A DNA stretch of 64,000 bases, taken from Octopus sinensis. Lineage: Eukaryota. Shown in pieces: positions 12,375-25,576 of this stretch (the stretch's first letter is position 1; every line of letters starts with the position of its first letter). Made by a program: the position numbers and the translations under genes. Location: assembly GCF_006345805.1 (NCBI RefSeq), contig NC_043005.1, positions 25,606,001 through 25,670,000 of the forward strand, read 5' to 3'. The notes below the pieces were generated by a model, which worked only from the letters and a program-made list of their open reading frames with translations, searched no databases and was not told where the DNA came from.

Positions 12375-12530
12375 ATTTCTTTTCTGTTCCGTCTGCCAAA
12401 CCCACTCAAGGCTTTGGTCAGTCCGAGGCTATTGTAGATGACACTCGTCCAAGGTGCTACACAGTGGGACTGGACTCAGGATTATGTGGCCGGGAAACAA
12501 TCTTCTTTCCACACAGCCACTCCTGTGGCT
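12375..12530 (-). mobile_element. SINE family 1, 5' half
   Basis: Diverged match to 12865-13018. Confidence 0.8.
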
Positions 12531-12590
12531 ATATTCAGTTTTTATGAAGAATTCCTTCTAATTCTGTGATTATTATTCAGTATCAAAACC

Positions 12591-12809
12591 TCTTTACTCT
12601 TTTACTCTTTTACTTGTTTCAGTCATTTGACTGCGGCCATGCTGGAGCACCGCCTTTAATCGAGCAACTCGACCCCTGGACTTATTCTTTTGTAAGCCCA
12701 GTACTACTTATTCTATCGGTCTCTTTTGCCGAACCGCTAAGTGACGGGGACATAAACACACCAGCATCGGTTGTCAAGCAATGCTAGGGGCACAAACACA
12801 GACACACAA

Positions 12810-12846
<37 letters not shown>

Positions 12847-13018
12847 CATATATACGACGGGCTTCTTTCAGTTTCTGCCTACCAAATCCACTCACAAGGC
12901 TTTGGTCGGCCTGAGGCTATAGTAGAAGACACTTGCCCAAGGTGGCACGCAGTGGGACTGAACCCGGAACCATGTTGTTGGTAAACAAGCTACTTACCAC
13001 ACAGCCAATCCTGCGCCT
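12591..13018 (-). mobile_element. SINE family 1, full length (tRNA-like head, internal (TA)/(TG)n, (AGAGTAAA)n tail)
   Basis: Minus head AGGCGCAGGATTGGCTGTGTGGTAAG (box A) ... GGTTCAGTCCC (box B); short tandem-repeat tail. Confidence 0.9.
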
Positions 13019-13049
13019 CCGACTCGCGTAAACTAGTTTCCTGTCACTT

Positions 13050-16000
13050 CGATTACTCAGTCTTTGGTGCAATCCCAGTGCATTTTTACTGATATAGTAC
13101 TGCGTTTATACTCTTTTTCTACTAGATTACAGCAATCGTTTAGTAAGGGTTTCTACTTCTATCTCCTTTTCCACAAATTTTCCATTTGCTACCTGAGTTT
13201 CATAAAACTACATTTGTATCAAATTCTATGTAATGCCGTGTTCCGAAAGGGCTATAATTAACCGTTAATTTTATCTTTTCTAGTCTTCCCTTCTCATATA
13301 AAACTAGCATTTTTGTTCCCTTACAACGACCCATTTTTTTGTTTTTCGCCTGAATCCTCTAAGTAATTCTTCCTCTTTCCATTTGCTTGATTCTCTTTTT
13401 CACCCCTTTCTTGAACTTGGAATTATTCAGCTTCAGTTGGAATTACTTTGACATTTGTAGCCACTGATAACAATCTTCATTACAATGCACAACATAACTT
13501 TTCAAACGAAAAACTGCAGAATTTATTGTGACTTTTACATCTAATAGAGCTCTACCCTCTTAACCTCTAGGTAAATAGAAACTATTGTTATTAATTTTAG
13601 GGTGTATCGTTAGCAGCATCGTATTTTTGCTATGCAATTCGGAGTTCTCACTTAATACACCTTAAAAAGGAGCGTAATGTATCGATATTAACATGGCCTA
13701 ACTATTGATTGCCTTGATATTATCTCTTTTCACTATACTCTTAAGAACCTTTCTGCCTCTTCTATTCTTCAGAGGTTTTCTCTCTCATTTCTTTTTCCAT
13801 TAACTTATTCACCCTTCGGCATTCTTCGGTACTTTTATCCTTCGGTCTCTCCCACTAATCTAATTATATCATTTTGTGTTATCTTCATTCCATCAGATTT
13901 AATCTTCGACCTCTTTTGGTAATAAATGCTACACTCTTACACCACACCTACCACTCACCAGTGTCCTTTCTTGTTTAAATAAGCGAATCAAGATCTTTTT
14001 CATGTTTGACGTACAATTTGAGATCATTCATTTGTAGTAGAGATTTAATTTACTTCTGTTCTCACCAAGTCATAAGCAAGCGTGGATATTCTCAGTATGA
14101 GAGTCAACGGAATTAACGTAACAATGAAAAGTAGTAGAGAGAACAAGTCTCCATGAAATATATCTCTTCAGATTTCCATATCTCCCAATGACGTGTTACG
14201 AACATTAGTTAATATTGGGACCCATGGATATGTCCCGGAATTAATAGTAAACTTACTGGGTTATTTCTAAAACTTTATCCAAAAAACTCTGAGAGTGTAG
14301 CATGTGTTGTGTCAGTATTAAATGATAGTCGCCGATCTGCTAATTATTGAAAAGTGAAGGAAAATGGAATACGATGATTGCTTAATGCATTTTATATATA
14401 CACTTCATATATTTTATGCACAATTTTATAGACTTAATACGCAGCACTCTCCATATTTCTCTCTCACTCTTCGCCTTGCCCTCTTTTGCTCTCTCCTTTT
14501 TCTTTCATTCTTCACATTTCTCTTCAACTAATCACGTGAAAGCGTTAGAGACAGGTTAAGTAATGGAAGAAAAAAATCTTAGTTAAAACAAAAACTTTAC
14601 ATATTTAATTCATCACCAGCTCTCCCTCTTCCTTCCCCCATCTCGCCTTCACTCCACCTCCACCCTTCTCATCCCTCTCCCTTCAATTAATCACGTGGGA
14701 GCGTTACAAAATGACTAAGTAACAGAGTGACAATCAGAATTATTATAAGATACTGCCCACAATGTCGTCGTCTTTATTGAAAATAAACTCGTCCTCAGGC
14801 ACCCCAAAAGTGAGCGGTATGTTCTGCATCCCTTTCATTCTTCTGATAACAGTTTCCTATTCTCCAGAAAGCCATGGAAACCATCTGCTAGGAGACCAGT
14901 TAGTAATTTCTTAAGCAATCATAAGCAAGTAAATGGCCATAAATACTAACACCCACTACCTCTCCATCATTTTTTTCTGTATTAGCTCTTTATCTCCTCT
15001 TTTGACCAATGGTAATGCTCCATTTTCTAAACAACCAGTGAAACATTTTTTTGTCTATATGTAACTCCGCATGCTTGTGAGATTTTAAATCTAAATCCTA
15101 GAACACCATAGAGTTGATTTCCATTTCAGTTTCGTGTATGTTTAAGTATTTTCTTTTTACTTTCACTGCAATATCTATATTCTCTTGGCTTCTCTCCCCT
15201 TTCGCCCTTAAAGTCCTGTAAAGTTTTCCTTCACTGTTGTATTGGACAATCTTGTTCTAAATTACTGCTTTCATATTTGGCATTTTCCTCCCATGATGTT
15301 CATTCTCATGGTCCAGCTGTTGATGATATTTTTTTAGCATATTAAATTGGGTGCGTCATTATCTAAAAAACTAATATAAATCATATTGTGTCTGGGAGTG
15401 TCATTCTTTTTAGTACCTTATTGTTTAACACACTCACCGGTAAATTTCTATTCATTTATTTATTTTTCCCAAAATTATCTTTGCATCTTGCAACCTTTTC
15501 AAACACACGAACGCACACAAAGAATCTTGCAAATTAAATCTCAAAATGAAGTAATATAATTCAGTTTATTCTAAAACATTCCTTCTCCGTATTTAATGTA
15601 TCAAATATTTTAACCTGATTTTACTTTAGCTGTTTTGTCTTATTTCTTCTTTAGCTGCCTGTAACTTTCTGTGTTTCATGTTATTCATTCCATCACCGTC
15701 TTTATCATTGTCACATCTTCTTTCCCAACATAGGTCTTTGTCTTTCTTTCAGTACTCCAAAAACTTCCACAGCAATAGCCGGTACACAGTATATGCACGC
15801 ATTATGTTTTGGTACATTCTCTACTTTGATGTTCGCAGTTTTTCCCTTTCAGTTCTTCTCAAAGTTGGTAATCCCTTTCTAATCCTATTTCTTCGCTTAT
15901 TCAATCGATGGACTTAGGGTTTTTTTTTGTTGTGTAATATTCTTTCTTTCCTTGAACTAAATCGTATTTTCAACTTTAATACTACGTATTTCCTCTTGAT

Positions 16001-17300
16001 AAATATTCAATTATATTTCTGTCATTTCTTGTTCAATTCCCCATCCTATGTAACCATATTCTTCATCTTTTACTGCTCTGAAGATCTATTCTAGCTGCAT
16101 CTGAGATAGCCATTGTTGTCTTATTCTTAGCTTCTTATGATCAAGACATCATTGTTCTGTGACTGTGAACATGTCTCGCTCTTTCCTGAAGAATCCTTAA
16201 TATTTTCTGTCTCTTTTATTGCCATGTTTGCAACTATTGGAAGTATTGTTCTTATAATTGTTAGAACGTAAGGAGAAATGCCTGGTAGGGTTTCTTCCAG
16301 ATCTGTGTTCTGAGTTCAAATTCATCTGAGGTCGACTTCGGCATTCATTATTTCGAGGTCGATGAAATGAATACTAGTCGGACACTGAAGTCGATTTAAT
16401 CGAATAGCCCTCGGCCAAAAAAGTTCCGCCCTTATGCTTACAGTAGAAAAGATTATTATCATTATCATTGCCTTTGCACAGCTTCTAACGCCCACATCCC
16501 AACACAATTTCTTTTAATTCTCTCGGTGTTGGCGTTGTATAGATCTCTATTATATTATTATCAAGTTTTTCATAAGATTGTTCTGGGTTGGAAGCAAACT
16601 GTTTGTTTCATTTCAAAGCTTCTTTGTCGTTACAAGGTGCTTTGTTTCATTTTGGAATCTCCAATTTTTGATATTTTAATTTTCTTTTGTACTTGTCTCC
16701 ATTCATTTTTCTTGTGTATGTGAGTGTGTGTGTGTGAGATATACAGATAGATAGGTAGAGAGAGAGGGGGGGATTGATTGATATCTTAAGAGATTAAATA
16801 ATGCAAACCATTTTTTCTTAATTCTTTTTTCCTCTACAACAGCATTTTGTTTCTGTCATTTGTTAGGGCTTGTTTTGAAATTCCTTTTTGACCTCATCTA
16901 AGGGACAACCCACTTCGCTTCGTAACCAGACAGACCACTACAGGCATTATTTAATTTAGTCTAATAATGTTGATATCTCTATATATTCAAAGAAGCCTGT
17001 GATGGCTAGGTTCTGCAATTTTTATTGCTGTTACTATTTTATCATTGGCTTTTCCCATTGTCAGATACATTCGTTGCTCTGTAAGATCTATTGTCTGTAA
17101 TTCCTGAAATATTTGCTGCTATAGCTTGGTATGGACACGAATTTCACCTTTGGAATTTTCTATTATTTAATCTTCTTCATATGACTCTTCAACTATTTTC
17201 CGCATTCTGATTCTGAATGTGCTGGACATTATTGTGTAGATGTTCTACGAGTTGTATTTCTGGTATATTGTTATTTACTTTCTTCGTTTTGCGCGTTATT
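13050..17300 (-). mobile_element. Heavily decayed, interrupted R4/Dong-like RLE LINE (RT pseudogene)
   Basis: Minus-strand remnants: DIFHGDLFSLLLFIVTLIPL (~14100-14170, GIFQGDSLSPLLF), MNDLKLYVKHEKDLDSL (~13980-14030, MDDLKLY), YLPRG*EGRAL (~13545-13580) and PFTCL (~14925-14940). Confidence 0.75.
16270..16455 (+). mobile_element. Meta/MESC-domain SINE, decayed
   Basis: gagttcaaattc box B followed by gaggtcgacttcggcattcat..gaggtcgatgaaatgaatact; tail gtagaaaagattatt. Confidence 0.75.
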
Positions 17301-17463
17301 TTTATATACGTGGTCTAGGTTAGGTTCTCCGTATTTTATTGTTGTTACTTATATTCAAACGTTCTATTTTAATTTCTGATACATACATATATGCATACAT
17401 ACATACCTGCAAACATACATAAATACATAAATATATACATACATACATACATACATACATACA

Positions 17464-17497
<34 letters not shown>

Positions 17498-18095
17498 CGT
17501 ACTCACTTGCATTGAATTCAAAGTATACATCACCCTGTTAATGAATAACCTGGGGCTTCTTGACACAGCATTTATTTGAATTATATATAGTAAAACAGTG
17601 GCTATCGATTAGATGTTGATAAATTAAATTAGAAGCAAGTCATCGTAATTTCTGCTAGTCAGTTTACCCGAAAATAAATTGCAGGTAATTCTGCTGGTCT
17701 GATCAACTATGAAAATTCGTATAGTTATATAGCAGTGAAGTTATATTACAGTCAAGTGCTATTCTGCCAAATACGTTCCAGGTGATACCTCACCAAACAT
17801 TTTGTCTAACTACAAAGATTCTATGAGTGAAGATAAATTTCATAGCAAAATATAATGAAAAAATATCCGCAAATCTGTTAGCCATAAATCCCAACACACG
17901 AAAGGAAACTTGACAATTAGACCTTTCCTCTCTAAGAAAAGAATGCATTATTCTGGTTGGCCGTGAAATCAAGTTGTTTGATTAGGCGCCAATCACAATA
18001 TCATCTCGCTCCTATTGAATTCTTCGTTTCATCCAGTTTTGCTATCAATTTTATCTTCTCTTAACTTTGACTTTGCCAAAATATTTATGAGGTAT

Positions 18096-18479
18096 GGAAG
18101 CACTCCGTCGGTTACAACGACGAGGGTTCCGGTTGATCCGATCAACGGAACAGCCAGCTCGTGAAATTAACGTGTAAGTGGCTGAGCACTCCACAGACAC
18201 GTGTATCCTTAACGTAGTTCTCGGAGATATTCAGCGTGACACAGAGAGTGACAAGGCCGGCCCTTTGAAATACAGGTACAACAGAAACAGGAAGTAAGAG
18301 TGAGAGAAAGTTGTGGTGAAAGAGTACAGCAGGGATCACTACCATCCCCTGCCGGAGCCTCGTGGAGCTTTTAGGTGTTTTCGCTCAATAAACACTCACA
18401 ACGCCCAGTCTGGGAATCGAAACCGCGATCCTACGACCGCGAGTCCGCTGCCCTAACCACTGGGCCATTGCGCTTCCAC
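18096..18479 (-). mobile_element. OR-type tRNA-derived SINE, full length with 11-bp TSD
   Basis: Minus head GTGGAAGCGCAATGGCCCAGTGGTTAGG...GTTTCGATTCCC. TTATGAGGTAT is duplicated at 18085-18095 and 18480-18490. Confidence 0.92.
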
Positions 18480-18500
18480 TTATGAGGTATATACATAGTC

Positions 18501-18778
18501 TGGAAATTGAGATCAACTCAAATTAAGAAAGATATTCTCATTAATTACGATTCCTCAATAATTGACATACTACTAAAAAAAATTTTAAATCAAGATAAAA
18601 AACTTAGATTGCATGGATAGGAAAGTTCAGGTATTTCTGCTTCATCAGTACAGTTTTAAATTGAAAATCCTTTAAGACAGATAGATGCACGAAGCAAAAA
18701 CTAACTAAAAGAAAGAATTCATTGTGGATCGGTATTTGAGCATGAAAGACAAGTAAGGGTATATTCAATACCATACAA
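18501..18778 (-). repeat. Dispersed repeat; inverted and permuted homolog of 20849-21199
   Basis: 18501-18676 is the reverse complement of 20849-21032; 18675-18778 is the reverse complement of 21092-21199. Confidence 0.85.
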
Positions 18779-18839
18779 GATGTAATACATGTTGCCCATA
18801 AAGTCATGTACCCTCTTGCAATATGTGATATACTAACAT

Positions 18840-19149
18840 TTTCGGCCACCACGGTCACCAGATTTAACTCCCATGACCTTATTCTTCGGGGGCTACATTA
18901 AATCCCTTGTGTATTCTGAAAAGATTCGTAACCAAAGACATCTTCTTCAAAGAATTATTGAAGCGTGTGAACATGTCAACGGCAAAGAAAAGCGATTTGA
19001 GAGGATTTCATCGCAATTTCAGATTCCGTATGAACACTTGTTTAGAGCACCATGGCCAGCACTTTGAACATTTGTAATAGATTGCCAACTTCATTGCTAA
19101 TAAAACATACTTGATATCTCACATGGTGCGTGACTTTGTGGCCACCCTG
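18840..19149 (+). mobile_element. Tc1/mariner-superfamily 3' remnant (WPPRSPDL type)
   Basis: RPPRSPDLTPMTLFFGGYIKSLVY...HGQHFEHL*; terminus GGCCACCCTG followed by TA. Confidence 0.8.
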
Positions 19150-19344
19150 TACATTAATTACAATATCGATGTTCATCCTTTCATGCTCGACAACGCTGCT
19201 GTCCATGGTATCAACTGACTCCTTCAACTCAAAACTGAAGGCTTTGAGCCAAATATACGAACCATTCTTAAAAGGGGTGATTGGTTGGTAAAGCATTGGT
19301 AGCTGCAATAATTGTCCCGGCCCTTTAGTCTCTAAGTTCATATT

Positions 19345-19445
19345 CCTTCGAAGGTCAACTTTACTTTTCATCCATCCCCACTCGATAAAACAATATACCA
19401 GTCTACTACTCGGGGATGATTGTATCGATTGATCCCTAACCTACA
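19345..19445 (+). mobile_element. Meta-domain SINE fragment
   Basis: cgaaggtcaactttacttttcatcc..tcgataaa..taccagt. Confidence 0.55.
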
Positions 19446-20279
19446 TTTCACATTTTGTGCTGTATTAGATACAAGTATTCACGATTGTCCTTTTTCTTGT
19501 TGCTATTGTTTATGATGATGATGATGATGATGACGACGACGATGATGACGAAGACGACTTTGGCGGTGGCGAACCATTCCACCATTCCTTTATGACCAAC
19601 CCGGCAATTATACATTATGTCAACGAAAATGTCATCTTGTTTTCCCAAAGAATAAGATTCAGCCGAATGGATAAAGCTTTCATTTCGAAATCATGAAGTC
19701 TTGGGACCCGGTTCCCTCTGTGGTATCGTTTGTATGTGTATATTCTTTTATTCTTTTATACGTTTCAGCCCTAAGGCCGTGGCCATGCTGGAGCATCGCC
19801 GGTGTCTATGACCACAGTTTCGATTTCGGCCCAAGCTATGTGAGTGAGATTCTGTGTCGAAGCATATTACAATTCAAACACAGCACAAAATCTTTACATA
19901 ATTGTATCCCACCGATTTTGGCCGCGGAATTCATTAACCTTACATATACACCCGTGGAATACTCGGCTACTTCCCAGAAGTTCTTCAAATATAGAGATTA
20001 TAAGGTTAAACAACGGCCAACGCTGATGTAAATGCATTTCATTTTACTGACATAACGAGGGAGATTTGACTGCTATTTCAGAGAGCCCCAGTGCCCACAT
20101 GCAGTCTGTTCCCTCATTGGCTATTTGCTGTGGTGTTCATTCCAATGCCGATGTCATTTCCGCTTTAGTGATAACAATGGTGTATACTTGAACACCGTCT
20201 TATCTACTTCTCCGTCTCCTACAAATCGCTTTTCCTGTCTTTTCATAATTGGTATCACTAAACTAATCAATCACACCGT

Positions 20280-20334
20280 TAATAGCACTACAACTGTCGC
20301 TGCTAATATTGCCACCACCATCACCATCACAACC

Positions 20335-20382
<48 letters not shown>

Positions 20383-20700
20383 AGCAACAACACCATCACA
20401 ACCACCACCACCACCACCACCACCACCACCACTGCCAAAACCTCCACCACCAACTCCACCACAACCCCCACCACCAGCAGCATCACCACCAGCAGCTTCG
20501 CCACCACCAGCATCACCACCACCACCACTATAACTATTACTGCCGATACCGCTATCACTAGAACTCTTGAAAATGTTGTTATTGTCTGTGTTCTTCAGTT
20601 ACTGTTATTGTTGTTGCGGGCGGTGGTGGTGGTGATGGTGATGGTGGTGATGCTGGTGCTGGTGGTTGTGATGGCGGTGCTGGTGATGATGGTGGTGGAC
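20280..20700. repeat. (ACC/AAC)n then (GGT)n trinucleotide tracts
   Basis: Directly visible. Confidence 0.9.
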
Positions 20701-20848
20701 CTTCTGTTGTACTGCTGCTATACGTCTTCTAAGATACGACGGTAACTCTGATGATAATTAAAATTCACATTTTGATCGTCATTGCATTGTCCGTAAACTG
20801 TATTCTGCTTCCTTTCTCCTGGCTAATAATTTTATTAAATACACTTAC

Positions 20849-21199
20849 TTAAAGGATTTTCAATTTAAAACTGTACTGAAGAAGCCTATGAAGCAGAAAT
20901 ACCTGTCCTTTTCTATACACGCAATCTTACTTTATAATCTCACTTTTTGATGTTTCTTCGTAGTATGTAAATTATTGGGGAATCGTAATTAGTGAGATTA
21001 GCTTTCTTAATCTGAGTTGCTCTCAATTTCCATGAAGCGGTTTTTCTACCGTTCCTAAGATTGGTGATAATTACCATAAATCAAGAATTTATTTTGTATG
21101 GTATTCAATATAACCTTACTTGTTTTTCATGCTCAAATACCGAGCCACAATGTGAATTATTTCTTTTAGTTAGTTTTTGCTTCGTGCATCTATCTGTCT
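20849..21199 (+). repeat. Dispersed repeat (homolog of 18501-18778) with a partial hammerhead-like core
   Basis: Homology as described for 18501-18778. CTGAAGAAGC..GCAGAAA lies at about 20876-20899. Confidence 0.8.
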
Positions 21200-21320
21200 G
21201 TTTGACTGCCTGCCTGCCTGTCAGTCTGCCTCTCTCTGCTGGTCTGTCTGTCTCTCTGTTTGTGCCTGTATGTATGTAGCTAGCTATTTGTCCCTGTCTG
21301 TCTGTCTTTCTCTCTCTGTG

Positions 21321-21380
<60 letters not shown>

Positions 21381-21514
21381 ATATATGTGCATGTATGTAT
21401 GTGTGTATGTATATATGTACATATATATACACAGAGTATATCAGATGTTACCGTTGAATTTAGAATCCCACGTAGATTATTAACTTCTCGTGTGTAATCA
21501 GTATAGTGGTTTGT

Positions 21515-21568
<54 letters not shown>

Positions 21569-21769
21569 ATGATATAAAGAACAGATGTAGAAATTATAAA
21601 AAATTTCATCTTTGTAGCATAATGGTATAGCATGTTCTCGTCATGATCCGATGAGATTAAGCAACCAATTCCACTTGGAACATTCAGTGCAGAGGTTGCA
21701 AACGACGACAGCAGTGAAATATACGGGTGGAACAAACGTTATGAAATTGCTTTTATTATAATTATTCCT

Positions 21770-21808
21770 GTCAAGCGAGGAAGGGGGGGGGCAAACACAG
21801 ACACAATT

Positions 21809-21853
<45 letters not shown>

Positions 21854-21942
21854 TGTTTATATATACGATGGCATCTTTCGGTTTCCGTCAACCAAATCCA
21901 CTCTCGAGGCTTTGGTCGGCCCGAGGCTATAGCAGAAGACAC
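21770..21942 (-). mobile_element. SINE family 1, internal fragment
   Basis: ctttcggtttccgtcaaccaaatccactc..ggctttggtcggcccgaggctatag. Confidence 0.8.
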
Positions 21943-21964
21943 TATATATACATATATCTATATA

Positions 21965-22011
<47 letters not shown>

Positions 22012-22240
22012 GGTAGATGGACAAGTTTCTAACATATATATATATATATATTATTATATATATATATATATATAACGGGAGAAATCACAAGGCCTTCCCG
22101 GATTCCGAATGATGAGCAAATCGGCTGCAAATGATCCGTGTACTATCCGTTCTTCCGTATGTTATGTTCTTTCTGTGCTACCATAGTTTCATTTATTACA
22201 TGTGTATGTACGTGTATGCGTGTATGCATTTGTATGTGTG

Positions 22241-22287
<47 letters not shown>

Positions 22288-22577
22288 TATATATGTATGT
22301 ATGTATGTGTATGTGAGTATGCATATATATAAACACGTGTGTATGTGTGTACGTGCATGTATGCAAATATACATGTGTACGTATGTAGCGTTTATGAACG
22401 AAGATTTCTATCTTTACTTGGTTGTATTTCTATATCTTATATTTTTGTTTTAAGAACTGAAACTTTAAATATTATTATGACGACTAACCGATTGTCCTAT
22501 ATTATATATTCGTTGATAAATTCCTCCATTTAAATAATATCGCGGGCTCATTCATTCTTTTGTTGTCATATTATCAT

Positions 22578-22612
<35 letters not shown>

Positions 22613-22740
22613 GACCTTATTAAGCGTATGAGCTGGAAAAACCTTCTTTTACAACATGGAAGAGTACACTACAGAGAACATATTCTGTGGAATTAATTCA
22701 AATAAATTCCCTCCAAAAATTAAAGGAGCATATTTATTTG

Positions 22741-22809
22741 TCTTAATAATTGACGAGATGCCGGAGCAGATTTCCGTCCCGACATCCGAAACTCGGAGTT
22801 TTATTAGGG
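22741..22809 (+). ncRNA. Type I hammerhead-like motif (U3, G8)
   Basis: UCUUAAUAA-UUGACGA-GAUGcCGG..CCGaCAUC-c-GAAA-CUCGGAG-UU-UUAUUAGGG; stem I up to 9 bp with G-U pairs. Confidence 0.65.
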
Positions 22810-23534
22810 CAACCGAATATTTGTCATATAATATATTACAGATAAATTCCTCTATTTACACAATGTCGAGGTCTCATTCATTCTTTTGCTGTCATACAAT
22901 TACTATTAATATATATATAGAGATATATATATAAATCAATACAATAAATCAATCATTCATATCATACATGTATCAATTAATACAATAAATTAATCATGCA
23001 TATATATATGTGTATGTCTGTATATATATATACATATATATATATATACATATGTGTGTGTGTGTGTGTACGTATGCATGTATGTATGCATGTATGTATG
23101 TATATGTGTGTGCATGTGTGTATATATAGTTACTAATACGTATAAATCCATACTTCAAAATTATTTTCTGTGTGACTAGATTTTACGAATCCTTTGTTTT
23201 TTTCTTTCTTTTGAAATCATTTTTTCGTCACAGTAAATTATGACCTAGAACCCCACTTGGTTAAAATGTGTGAAGAAGGCATTTTGGTTTGCTGAGCTCG
23301 GCGAATATGAGGTGACTAGGTGTTACAGTGAAATATCAGAGAACTGCTAAATATCTGAGTGCACTGGGGACGGGGGATTTGGTGGTAAGTTACAAGATTA
23401 ACCAACCCCGAATTTCACTCTCATTATGTGCTTAAATGCAGTCGAAGTTTAATACCATAAGGTGTTCTGTAAGTAGTTTTTTGCTTTTTGTTTTGTTTTT
23501 AATGTTACCACTGCTACCAGGCTGTAAATAAATA

Positions 23535-24179
23535 CAGTAATGCCTCGCAAAATATATGTGTAAAAAGCACATTACAAAATCTCAGACACACTTCAAAGAC
23601 TCATGTCACTCAAATCATTGTTGATGTTACTGACCAAAAAGGAAAAAAAAAACAATCAAAATATTTCGAGGTTTTTCTTGCAAGTATTTTCGTTGTTGAC
23701 GAATCGAAAAACACGAAAGACAATCCTCAACAGACAATATTTGTCGCTTAAGGTTTTCTTTGGTTACAGTAAAAGAACAGATGTTGACATTAGAGGCATT
23801 AGAAAAAAACTAATCGTTAGGTTGAAATTTAATTCGTTCTATAACAGAGCTCTTCTTATGATTTACTCGTTTTACAAATCAATTTTCCCCATTGACATTA
23901 ACTTACTCCAGCCTCCACCCCAAACCACTCAAAAATAATTTTTATGGGTTCTGAAACAGAAAAAGGTGTAGTTACAAGTAAAATGACAATTATAAAAAAC
24001 GAGAAAGCAGAAGAAATATGTAAACTGGTTTTATTAACTGCATTACCTTAAAGATGCGGCGAATTGTGTGCTCGTACTACGGATTTCTGCTCGTACTCCA
24101 AGACAAAAGATTGCACGAATCCCGGCTCGTACAGCAAATTACTCATACGATGGGGCACTCGTACGACAAAGTTCTACTG
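23535..24179. mobile_element. Tigger/pogo-like non-autonomous remnant (possibly composite)
   Basis: TA-CAGTAATGCCTCG at the left and ..GTTCTACTG-TA at the right; repeated subterminal CTCGTAC motifs at 24070-24165. Confidence 0.55.
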
Positions 24180-24470
24180 TATAAGTATTTGGACGTCTTT
24201 TTTTTAATTAACCTGTCTTTGTTGTGTTAAATAGACAGATGCGTTTTAACTGTAAATGTATCCTTCACATTAATTATTATGTGTCATTTTTAATAGTGTA
24301 GCTTTAAACCGTAGCACTTCAGCTTTCTCAGCTTGCTCTGTGCTTTCGGTTGGGCGTTATTTCTTCACATCTGTTCGATCAGGGTTTTCCTTGAGCTCAA
24401 CGACAGTTGTAGTAACAATAACTGGGACCTTGTATATATTGCCTTATAGCAGCTAAATCACTCTCTACAT

Positions 24471-24875
24471 AGGCGCAGGGGTAAGAAGCTTGCTTCCCAA
24501 CCACATGGTTCCAGGTTCGGTTCCACTGCGAGTCTCCACTGGATAAGTCTCTTTTACTCTAGCCTTGGGCCAACCAAAGCATTGAAAGTGGATTTGGTAG
24601 ACGGAAACTGAAAGAAGCCCGTCGTATTTATATATATATATATATATGTGTGTGTATATGTTTGTGTGTCCGTGTTTATTCTCCCCCCGCCATCGCTTGA
24701 CAACCGATGTCGGTGTGTTTACGTCCCCGGAACTTAGCAGTTTGGCAAAAGAGACCGGTAGAATAAGTACTAGGCTTATAAATAAGTCTATGGCTTGACT
24801 GGTTCGACTAAAGGCGGTGCTCCAGCATGGCCGCAGTCAAATGACTGAAACAAATAAAAGAACAAAACAATAAAA
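24471..24875 (+). mobile_element. SINE family 1, near full length
   Basis: aggcgcag..ggttcggttcc head; 3' end ggcggtgctccagcatggccgcagtcaaatgactgaaac plus A-rich tail. Confidence 0.9.
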
Positions 24876-25576
24876 ACGTGACATAAATGAAATCAGTAAC
24901 CTTTACCGCATTTCGGTTAAGCACGTAAAAAAATGTTTAAATAACTCTTTTAAACATTTATAGGAATGGTTAGATGACATAAGTCGTAAAATAACAAGAA
25001 CTCATAAAATGGCAAGTTTTAAAATATGTGAAAGTATGAAGGTTTAACTTGAACAGTATTGTAGGACATAAGAAAAAATAGTTTCGGCTATTTCTCTGCT
25101 CGTTACTGTGAAAATATTTTGGTTTGCTACATAATACATCTACGTGTCTGGTGCTGGAGGATCTGGCAGAGTCGCATCAGATACACGTTTTGCATATATT
25201 ATTCTCTGAAAATGCTTTAAACAATGGCTTTTTTAGATTGTAAGAAACGAAAATATGGAGATATAAATATATGATTTATCCGAAAGAGAGTTTAAGACGT
25301 TTGCCGTTTGTGTTGAAAGAGGTAAATGTTTGCCATTTAGCCACTTAGTCACTGATCGTTAATAACTTGAAAGTGACTGTGAGGCTGGTCACAAGAGTGT
25401 TCGCATGATTATCCACTTAAATATAACCTGAAGAAAATCAATTTAAATCCGATGAGAAGACTATTGAGTAACGAGCAGAACATTAGCTGAAACTATTTCA
25501 TTTATGTCATACAAGCTAAAAGTTCATATTTTAATGCTGAAATATTAAGTATGTATAATTTAGTATCAAATGAAAA

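Noticed and set aside
11045-12405. Long poly-T/A/L/P ORFs that look mucin-like
   Set aside because: Trinucleotide microsatellites lacking stops in several frames; no unique coding sequence or splice evidence.
14520-14722. Two ~45-bp diverged repeats each with CACGTG (E-box)
   Set aside because: Lies within an insert in a dead LINE; no evidence for regulatory function beyond a 6-mer.
18400-18479. tRNA-like sequences here and at 27745-27815, 36420-36498 and 44060-44130
   Set aside because: They are SINE heads continuous with SINE bodies and lack a complete cloverleaf.
22095-22140. Eroded hammerhead-like strings here and at ~9208-9255 and ~33245-33275
   Set aside because: Multiple core positions are wrong, so they cannot be distinguished from chance without a family consensus.
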